A DNA stretch of 55,551 nucleotides from Acidobacteriota bacterium (GTDB lineage Bacteria > Acidobacteriota > Vicinamibacteria > Vicinamibacterales > JAMQPK01), in the NCBI GenBank assembly GCA_031395755.1, contig JANNJO010000045.1, positions 1 through 55,551 of the forward strand. The letters are read 5' to 3'. Positions 48,849 through 55,551 of this stretch are shown here, one piece after another. The notes beneath the pieces were generated by a model. That model saw only the letters and a program-made list of their open reading frames with translations. It ran no database searches and was not told where the DNA came from. The position numbers were made by a program, and so were the translations under genes. Position 1 is the stretch's first letter, and the number at the start of each line of letters is the position of its first letter.

Positions 48849-49720
48849 TGCCTGTTACCGCACCCGCGGACAAACGGTTCCGCCGAGCGCACCTCAAGCC
48901 GGCGCGCAGGCGCACAAGATGGCGCTTTTGGCGCTGGAGGGCGGTGGCGGCGACCATCGTGGTCGGCCTCGCGTTCTATTCGGCCCATCGCGCCGTTGCG
49001 GTCGTCGTGGGGCTGAAGATCTTTCACGTCGAACACATCGCGATTCGGGGAAATCATCGCCTGTCGAACGGCGAAGTTCTCGCGCTGCTCCACGGGCTGC
49101 GCGGCCGGAGCATCCTGGCGGTCGACCTCGAGGAGTGGCGTCGCGCAGTGCTGAACTCGCCGTGGGTCGCCGACGCCGCCTTTCGCAGGACGCTGCCGTC
49201 TACGGTGGACGTGACGATTCAGGAACGGATCGCTCTGGGCATCGGCCGCATCAACGGCGGGCTGTACCTCGTCGACGACCGCGGCGCGGTCATCGATGAG
49301 TACGGTCCGAGCTATGCCGACCTCGACGTGCCGATCATCGACGGCCTGTCGTCGGCTCCGGGCGACGAAGCCTCGGATGTGTATCGCGCGATGCTGGCCC
49401 GGAGCCTGCTGGATGCGCTCCGGGTGCGCAACATGGCCGGCCAGATTTCGCAGATCGACGTCAGCGACGCGCGCAACGCCGTGGTGCTGCTCGAGGGAGA
49501 TCCGACGCTCATACGGCTTGGGAACGAGCGGTTCGTCGAGCGCCTGCAATCGTATTTCGAAATGGCGCCCGCCCTTCGCGAGCGGGTGCCGGCGATCGAC
49601 TACGTGTATTTTCGCTTCTATAAGCGGGTATATGTGTGGCCCTCCCGGGAGGGCACGCCGCCGCCGGCCGGCGCGAAGAGCGCGCCTGCGAAGGGCGGCA
49701 AGGGGACACAAACGGGATAG
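48848..49720 (+). CDS. ftsQ: Cell division protein FtsQ/DivIB
   Basis: Basic N-terminus, TM, POTRA (PWV...RRTLP..V.VTIQER); directly before ftsA. Confidence 0.9.
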   Translation: MPVTAPADKRFRRAHLKPARRRTRWRFWRWRAVAATIVVGLAFYSAHRAVAVVVGLKIFHVEHIAIRGNHRLSNGEVLALLHGLRGRSILAVDLEEWRRAVLNSPWVADAAFRRTLPSTVDVTIQERIALGIGRINGGLYLVDDRGAVIDEYGPSYADLDVPIIDGLSSAPGDEASDVYRAMLARSLLDALRVRNMAGQISQIDVSDARNAVVLLEGDPTLIRLGNERFVERLQSYFEMAPALRERVPAIDYVYFRFYKRVYVWPSREGTPPPAGAKSAPAKGGKGTQTG

Positions 49721-49734
49721 GGCCAAGGGGGGGT

Positions 49735-50970
49735 ATGGGAAGCAGAGAACGATATCTGGTCGGGCTCGACATTGGCACCTCGAAGGTGGCCGCCATCGTC
49801 TCGGAAGTGATGGATAACGGAAGCCTCGAGATCATCGGAATTGGCGTCGCCGAAGCCAAGGGCATCAGGCGCGGCGCCGTCGTGAATCTCGATGCCGCGG
49901 TCGAATCCATCAAGCACGCCGTCGACGAAGCCGAGTTGATGGCCGGGGTCGAAGTCGATTCCGTGTACATCGCCATCTCAGGGCCGCACATCAAGGGATT
50001 CAACAGCCGCGGCGTGATCGCGGTTGCGGGAAAGAACCGCGAGATTACGCGCGACGACGTGCGTCGCGCGATCGACGCGGCCAAGGCGGTGGCGCTGCCG
50101 ACGGGAAGGGAAATTCTCCACGTGCTCCCGCAGGACTTCGTGGTCGATGACCAGGACGGCATCGGCGCTCCCGTGGGGATGACCGGCGCGCGCCTGGAGG
50201 TGAATGTCCACATCGTCACCGGCGGCACGACCGCCACGCAGAACGTGGTCGCGTGCGTCAACCGCGCGGGCCTCAGCGTAGCGGATACCGTCATCGAACA
50301 GCTGGCGGCCAGCGAAGCCGTGTTGACGCCGGACGAGAAGGAGCTGGGTGTTGCGCTCGTGGACATCGGCGGCGGCACGACCGATCTCGCCATCTTCGAG
50401 CGTGGCAGCTTGTGGCATACCGGGGTCATCGGCATCGGAGGCGATCACTTTACCAACGACATCGCCGTTGGCCTGCGCACGCCGATTCCGGATGCGGAAA
50501 AGTTGAAGCGGAAGTGCGGATGCGCGCTGTCGTCGCTCGTGGATGAAGACGAGACGATGGATGTCGCCAGCGTCGGCGGCCGGCAGCCGCGCGTGATGGC
50601 CCGACGCGTGCTGTCGGAGATTCTTCAGCCGCGTGCGGAGGAGATTTTTCATCAGGTGTGGGATGAGATCCGCAGGGCGGGGTACGAGAAGTCACTCAAC
50701 TCCGGCATTGTGCTGACGGGAGGAGGCGCGATTCTCGAAGGGATGCCCGAGATCGCCGAGCAGATATTCGATTTGCCGATCAGGCGCGGGATCCCTGTGG
50801 GCGTGGGAGGGCTGGCCGATCACGTCAGCAACCCGGAGTTTGCGACGGCCGTCGGGCTCGTGTTGTATGCGCAGCGCAATCACGTGGGCGGGGCCGGCCG
50901 CATGGTCGGGGCCGGCACGTTCGGACGCGTAGCCGGACGGCTGCGCGGTCTGTTTAAAGAATTTTTCTAA
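49735..50970 (+). CDS. ftsA: Cell division protein FtsA
   Basis: [22 protein letters not shown], amphipathic C-terminus LFKEFF. Confidence 0.97.
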   Translation: MGSRERYLVGLDIGTSKVAAIVSEVMDNGSLEIIGIGVAEAKGIRRGAVVNLDAAVESIKHAVDEAELMAGVEVDSVYIAISGPHIKGFNSRGVIAVAGKNREITRDDVRRAIDAAKAVALPTGREILHVLPQDFVVDDQDGIGAPVGMTGARLEVNVHIVTGGTTATQNVVACVNRAGLSVADTVIEQLAASEAVLTPDEKELGVALVDIGGGTTDLAIFERGSLWHTGVIGIGGDHFTNDIAVGLRTPIPDAEKLKRKCGCALSSLVDEDETMDVASVGGRQPRVMARRVLSEILQPRAEEIFHQVWDEIRRAGYEKSLNSGIVLTGGGAILEGMPEIAEQIFDLPIRRGIPVGVGGLADHVSNPEFATAVGLVLYAQRNHVGGAGRMVGAGTFGRVAGRLRGLFKEFF

Positions 50971-50993
50971 AACATCTCGATTGGAGGCCGCGA

Positions 50994-52247
50994 ATGGATG
51001 TGCGTCACACCTCAATGCGTTTGAAGCTGGCTGATGAAAGCCGCGCGGGCGCGCGGATCAAGGTCGTGGGCGTCGGCGGTGGCGGCGGCAACGCCGTCAA
51101 CCGGATGGTGCAGGTCGGACTGGAGGGCGTCGAGTTCATCGTCGCCAACACAGACCTGCAGGCGCTGCAGGGAAATGCGGCGCCGCTCAAGATTCAGATC
51201 GGCGCGAAGCTGACGAAGGGCCTCGGCGCAGGCGCCGACCCGAACGTCGGCCGCGAAGCCGCGCTCGAAGACACCGACAGCCTGATACAGGCGCTGACAG
51301 GGGCGGACATGGTCTTCGTCACCACCGGCCTCGGCGGCGGAACAGGCACCGGCGCCGCCCCCGTGATTGCGAGCCTCGCCTGCGAGCTCGGCGCGCTGAC
51401 CATCGCGGTGGTCACCAAGCCGTTCAAGTTCGAAGGCAGGAAACGGCAGCTCCAGGCCGAACGCGGGCTGGCTGCGCTGCGCGAATGCGTCGACACGATC
51501 ATCACGATCCCGAACGAGCGGCTACTCGCGATCGTGGAGCGCTCGACCACGCTGCCGGAGGCGTTTACCACCGCCGACGACGTGCTGCGGCAGGCGATTC
51601 AGGGCATCTCGGATCTCATCCTCGTGCCGGGTCTCATCAACCTCGACTTCGCCGACGTGAAAACCATCATGTCGGGGATGGGGAACGCGATGATGGGCAC
51701 CGGCATCTGTTCCGGCGAAAACCGGACCATCGAAGCGGCGAAGGCGGCGATCTCGAGCCCGCTCCTCGAAGGGGCGTCAGTCCAGGGCGCGCGCGGCGTG
51801 ATCATCAACATCACCGGCGGACACGACATGTCGCTGATGGAAGTCAACGAAGCGTCGCTGCACATTCAGGAGTCCGCACATGAGGACGCCAACATCATCT
51901 TCGGGGCGGTGGTCGATCCGAAGCTCGAGGGCCGCGTGAAGGTCACCGTGATTGCGACCGGCTTCGACAGCGTGTCGACGCGGCCCTGCGCGACGGCCGA
52001 AAGCCACACGCCGGTGGATCTGCATCACTACACGTCCCACTTGAAGGAGAGGGCGGAAGTCCCGGTAGTGGATCTGGGCCGCATGTCGATCGCCAGAAGG
52101 CCGGCGCTGGATCTTGCGTCCGAAATGTCCGCGCCTGCGATTCAGCCGCCCTCGGGTTCGAGCGCGGCGAATGGCGCGCCGCGGGATATCGATCTCGAGG
52201 CGCTGTCGGAGTTCGATATCCCGGCGTTCCTTCGGCGCGAAGGATAG
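50994..52247 (+). CDS. ftsZ: Cell division protein FtsZ
   Basis: GGGGNAV, GGGTGTG, NLDFAD, C-terminal DIPAFLRR. Confidence 0.98.
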   Translation: MDVRHTSMRLKLADESRAGARIKVVGVGGGGGNAVNRMVQVGLEGVEFIVANTDLQALQGNAAPLKIQIGAKLTKGLGAGADPNVGREAALEDTDSLIQALTGADMVFVTTGLGGGTGTGAAPVIASLACELGALTIAVVTKPFKFEGRKRQLQAERGLAALRECVDTIITIPNERLLAIVERSTTLPEAFTTADDVLRQAIQGISDLILVPGLINLDFADVKTIMSGMGNAMMGTGICSGENRTIEAAKAAISSPLLEGASVQGARGVIINITGGHDMSLMEVNEASLHIQESAHEDANIIFGAVVDPKLEGRVKVTVIATGFDSVSTRPCATAESHTPVDLHHYTSHLKERAEVPVVDLGRMSIARRPALDLASEMSAPAIQPPSGSSAANGAPRDIDLEALSEFDIPAFLRREG

Positions 52248-52249
52248 GG

Positions 52250-52310
52250 TGGTAAACTAGGTATATCCACGGCAGACGAGATCGTCTGCGGCGCAGGCTG
52301 AGCAGCCTGC
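52250..52310 (+). promoter_or_regulatory. Extended -10 plus two tandem 18-bp palindromes upstream of the radical SAM gene
   Basis: TGGTAAACT 52250-52258; GCAGACGAGATCGTCTGC 52272-52289; GCAGGCTGAGCAGCCTGC 52293-52310. Confidence 0.6.
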
Positions 52311-52336
52311 TGCCGGGGTCGTCGTGTTTCAGCATC

Positions 52337-54082
52337 ATGAACTCCTGGCAGCAGAAAGAGCTCGCGCAAGCGACCCTGGCGAAGGAAGTGGGCTACATTC
52401 GTAAGCCCCACATCGATCGCCTGCGCGTCGCGCTGGCATTTCCCAACACCTACTGGGTTGGGATGTCGAACCTGGGCTTTCAAACGGTGTATCAGCTCTT
52501 CAACGCCCACGACGACGTGGTGTGCGAGCGCATTTTTCTTCCACCGAAACAGCAACTGAAGGAGCAGCTCGCGTCGAAGACGCCGCTGATCACCCTCGAA
52601 TCCCAATCGCTCGCGCGCGATTTCGATGTCATCGCCTTCTCGATCTCGTTCGAGTGGGATTACACGAACATCCTCACCATGCTGCGGCTCGCGGGCGTTC
52701 CTGCGCGCGCGGCCTCCCGCACGGCCCGCGATCCGCTCGTCGTCATTGGAGGCGCGATCACGTTCGTGAACCCTGAGCCGCTTGCGCCGTTTGCCGATGT
52801 CGTTGCGGCCGGCGAGGGCGAGGAGCTCGTTCCCGCGCTGCTCGACTCGTTCCGCGAAGGCGGAGGGCGCGGCGATCTTCTGACCTCGCTCGCGAAGAAG
52901 CGGGGGTTCTACGTCCCGTCGTTCTATAACGTCGAGTACAAGGCCGACGGCACCATCGATCGCTTCGTGCCCAGGGACGGGACAGGGGCCCCGGCGGCGG
53001 TGAGAAAAGCCGCCGTGCCGACGACGGAGGCGCTCGATCCCCCGTGTACCCGGATCTTCACGCCTGACACGGAATTCGGGTCGCGCTTTCTCGTCGAGGT
53101 CGTGCGCGGATGCGCGAACCTCTGCCGTTTCTGCTGGGCGGGGTACAACTACCTGCCTGTTCGGGCATTTCCCGCCGATCGCATTCTCGCGCGCGCGCGC
53201 GAAGCCCGCGCCTATTCGAAGCAGGCCGGTCTGGTGTCGATCGCGCTGTGCGATCACCCTGAGATCGACCGGATCCTGGCGGGCCTCGCCGACATGGGGT
53301 ACTCGATCAGCCCTGCCTCGCTGCGCCTCGACGATCTCACCGAAAATATCGTGCGCCGGCTTCGAGAGAGTGGCGAGAAAACGCTGACCATCGCACCGGA
53401 AACCGGGTCCGACCGTCTGCGGCGCGTCATCAACAAGACGGTGACCAACGATGAGATTCTCGACCGCGCCGAGCTGATCTTCGCGAGCGGCATCGAGAAC
53501 CTGAAGCTGTACTACATGATCGGCCTGCCGACCGAGACGGACGACGATCTCGTGGCGATTCGGGACCTGACCCTCCAGATGCGCGAGATCATGCTCAAGC
53601 ACGCGAAAGGCAGAGGCCACGTGGGACGCATCATCGGCAGCGTCAACCCGCTCGTGCCGAAACCGTCGACGGCATACCAGTGGCTTCCGATGGCGGACCC
53701 CTCCGTGATCGAAGCGCGGGTCCAGCGCCTGCGCGAGTTGACGTCCGATATCGACAACGTGTTCTTCAACATCAAGTCTGAGCGGCATGCCTTCTACCAG
53801 GCCCTGCTGTCGCTCGGCGACCGCCGGGTGGCTCCTGCGATCGAGGCGGCCGAGGCCAACGGCGGCGACTGGCGGCGTGCCGTCGCCGACGCCGGCGTCG
53901 ACGCCGACTTCTATGTATTCCGCGACCGCACAAGGGACACCGTGCTGCCGTGGAGCATCATCGACGGCGGGATGAAGGAATCGTTCTTCCGCAGCGAGCT
54001 CGACAAGAGCCTCCGCGAGGAATGGACGCTTCCGCCCAAACGCGCCGCCGAAAACGCCAAGCTCGTGGAGATTGAGCGATAA
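52337..54082 (+). CDS. Radical SAM protein (TIGR03960-like, B12-binding-like N-terminus)
   Basis: FPNTYWVGMSNLG; CxxxCxxC = CANLCRFC; APETGSDRLR; LYYMIGLPTE. Confidence 0.88.
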   Translation: MNSWQQKELAQATLAKEVGYIRKPHIDRLRVALAFPNTYWVGMSNLGFQTVYQLFNAHDDVVCERIFLPPKQQLKEQLASKTPLITLESQSLARDFDVIAFSISFEWDYTNILTMLRLAGVPARAASRTARDPLVVIGGAITFVNPEPLAPFADVVAAGEGEELVPALLDSFREGGGRGDLLTSLAKKRGFYVPSFYNVEYKADGTIDRFVPRDGTGAPAAVRKAAVPTTEALDPPCTRIFTPDTEFGSRFLVEVVRGCANLCRFCWAGYNYLPVRAFPADRILARAREARAYSKQAGLVSIALCDHPEIDRILAGLADMGYSISPASLRLDDLTENIVRRLRESGEKTLTIAPETGSDRLRRVINKTVTNDEILDRAELIFASGIENLKLYYMIGLPTETDDDLVAIRDLTLQMREIMLKHAKGRGHVGRIIGSVNPLVPKPSTAYQWLPMADPSVIEARVQRLRELTSDIDNVFFNIKSERHAFYQALLSLGDRRVAPAIEAAEANGGDWRRAVADAGVDADFYVFRDRTRDTVLPWSIIDGGMKESFFRSELDKSLREEWTLPPKRAAENAKLVEIER

Positions 54083-54086
54083 GTGG

Positions 54087-54114
54087 CTAATTCCTAATCT
54101 CTAATCCCCAATCC
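54087..54114. repeat. Heptamer tandem repeat, 4 units
   Basis: CTAATTC CTAATCT CTAATCC CCAATCC between convergent genes. Confidence 0.75.
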
Positions 54115-54117
54115 CTG

Positions 54118-54420
54118 TCATTCCGCGACCGCCATCTGCTCTTCGTGTTCCTGGTACGCCTGCAGAATCAGGTCCCGCACCCGGTCCTGCGCCGTCGCGT
54201 CGGTGACGGGACGGAGCAGCGCGAAGCTCCGACGCTCGCCGTTTACCGAGTACTGGCGCGCCGGGAAGGTGACGTTGCGGCCGTTGCCGCTGCGGCGCTC
54301 CCAGACGGCGAAGCCGACGAGCTTGAGCCCCTGAAAGTACCCATCCTCAAAATGAATTTCTGCTTCCGCGAGCTTGCCTGGAGGTGTGCCTTTGTCGTTC
54401 GGTGTGATCTTCACGGTCAT
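54118..54420 (-). CDS. SpoVG-like nucleic-acid-binding protein
   Basis: 100 aa; pattern GKLAEAEIHF...KLVGFAV...VTFPARQ...LRP...DLILQAY resembles the SpoVG fold; RBS AAGGAG. Confidence 0.65.
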   Translation of the reverse strand: MTVKITPNDKGTPPGKLAEAEIHFEDGYFQGLKLVGFAVWERRSGNGRNVTFPARQYSVNGERRSFALLRPVTDATAQDRVRDLILQAYQEHEEQMAVAE

Positions 54421-54447
54421 GATGCGCTCCTTGTGCCTGACCTGAAG

Positions 54448-54462
54448 GCAAAGGCGGTGCCT
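54448..54462 (-). promoter_or_regulatory. Candidate sigma54 promoter for the SpoVG-like gene
   Basis: AGGCACCGCCTTTGC = GGCAC-N5-TTGC on the minus strand, 28 bp above the ATG. Confidence 0.62.
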
Positions 54463-54571
54463 GCGTGCCGCCTGCGATCGCGTGGCGGCAATGTGCTGAG
54501 AGGAAGGAACTTGGCTACGCCGCGCTCGCTCGCGGGCTGCGGACTCGCCAGACGGGTTTTCGAAATGACAA

Positions 54572-54955
54572 CTAGAGGAGCAGCATGACCTGGGCGATGG
54601 CGAGCGTCTGAGAGTGCGTAATCGTCAACAGTGAGCTGCTTGCCTTCAAAAGCGCGAATCTCTTTGCCGCCCCACCATGAAACCGCAGTTGCGGCGGTCC
54701 CCCGTGGCGCACGACCTCGATATCGCGCCACAGCACACCCTGCGAATGGCCGGTGCCAAGCGCTTTCATCGCCGCCTCTTTCGCCGCGAACCGACCGGCA
54801 AAATGGGGAGCCGGGTTACGGCGTCGCGTGGCGTAAGCGATCTCACCCTCGGTGAAGATACGGCGCACGAATCGATCGCCGTATCGCGCAATCACCGCCT
54901 CGATGCGATCAATTTCGGTCGCATCCATTCCGATCCCGATAATATTCGTGGACAT
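54572..54955 (-). CDS. acpS: Holo-ACP synthase
   Basis: IIGIGMD, RIFT..E, AGRFAAKEAAMKALGTG, TITH; ATG 54955. Confidence 0.95.
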   Translation of the reverse strand: MSTNIIGIGMDATEIDRIEAVIARYGDRFVRRIFTEGEIAYATRRRNPAPHFAGRFAAKEAAMKALGTGHSQGVLWRDIEVVRHGGPPQLRFHGGAAKRFALLKASSSLLTITHSQTLAIAQVMLLL

Positions 54956-55551
54956 GGCGCTACCCAAGCCTAGCGGCGACTTCGAGTGGGTGCAAGAGTC
55001 GTGGGGAGCGGCGCTGCGCTGCGCGCCTCTCGCGATGATTGCGCCGCACTGCTTCAGCACGCGCGCCCTGGCGCTCGAAGGCGTCCGAGACGACGACCAG
55101 GAGGGCTGGGAGGCGCTCGCCCGCGCGCTTGGAGTGGGAGTCGACAGCCTCGTGAGAATGCGGCAGGTGCATAACGCGGGGGTCTTCGAGACGCCGGCGG
55201 GCACAAGACCGCCGGCACGTTACGACGAGTGGCCTGAAGCCGACATCGCCATCAGCGGCGATCCAACGCTGGCGCTGACCGTGAGGGCGGCCGACTGTGT
55301 GCCCGTCCTGCTCGCCGATCGCCGCACCGGCGCCGTTGCGGCCATTCACGCGGGCTGGAAGGGCACCGCCGCCGGCGCGGTGCAAGTCGCCGTGCGGGCG
55401 CTCGAACGCACATACGGCAGCACGCCGCTCGACCTCATCGCCGCCGTCGGGCCGGGCATCGGCCCGTGCTGCTACGAGGTCGGCGGCGATCTCGCCCGGC
55501 ACTTTGCGGCGCATCCCGACGCGCCGGCGTGGTTCTCGGGCGACACCAAAC
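54954..55551 (+). CDS. pgeF: Peptidoglycan editing factor PgeF/YfiH (laccase-domain), 3' truncated by window edge
   Basis: Not in the ORF track; translated by hand from ATG 54954: RQVH, ADCVPVL, HAGWKG, GPGIGPCCYEVG. Confidence 0.92.
   Translation, partial: MALPKPSGDFEWVQESWGAALRCAPLAMIAPHCFSTRALALEGVRDDDQEGWEALARALGVGVDSLVRMRQVHNAGVFETPAGTRPPARYDEWPEADIAISGDPTLALTVRAADCVPVLLADRRTGAVAAIHAGWKGTAAGAVQVAVRALERTYGSTPLDLIAAVGPGIGPCCYEVGGDLARHFAAHPDAPAWFSGDTK

Noticed and set aside
49601-49640. Diversity-generating retroelement target in ftsQ
   Set aside because: Changes are at G/C rather than A; no reverse transcriptase or template repeat in the window
52142-53788. 548-aa minus-strand ORF and similar long antisense ORFs (41109-42503, 42503-43912, 45229-46467)
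   Set aside because: Lie opposite well-supported genes; expected from GC-rich codon usage
1-55551. Prophage, IS, integrase, defence genes, tRNA or rRNA
   Set aside because: No such motifs or structures recognised

Overview
GC-rich bacterial chromosomal segment, most likely Acidobacteriota (Vicinamibacteria-like; inferred from the FtsL N-terminus, the carboxypeptidase-regulatory-domain TonB receptor and the gene content). In order it carries: a sulfurtransferase/peptidase/hydrolase operon (1-5371); a minus-strand FadN-FadA-FadE beta-oxidation operon with accessory hydrolases (5532-14168); a TonB-dependent receptor; a compact signalling island (NarL regulator, sensor-less HisKA_3 kinase, REC-HD-GYP, Rcp1-like receiver, stand-alone 66-aa HisKA-like protein) followed by a sigma54/IHF/enhancer-type promoter and a small exported protein; a fused E1 2-oxoacid dehydrogenase; cupin-lemA-htpX-doxX; a minus-strand envelope/glycosylation run (3 GT2s, 2 SDR epimerases, DegT aminotransferase, GNAT, YqeY, murJ, rhomboid); the dcw cluster mraZ to ftsZ without murB or ddl; a radical SAM gene, a SpoVG-like gene, acpS and a partial pgeF. 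No rRNA, tRNA, CRISPR, transposase or integrase was seen. Most notable: the input-less phosphorelay island with a stand-alone DHp protein, heptamer-built inverted-repeat elements, two sigma54-type promoters, a MurD with a remodelled nucleotide pocket, a 16-bp duplication frameshift, twin palindromes upstream of the radical SAM gene and two probable CTG starts. A few lesions look like sequencing error. All calls are by motif recognition; no database searches were run.
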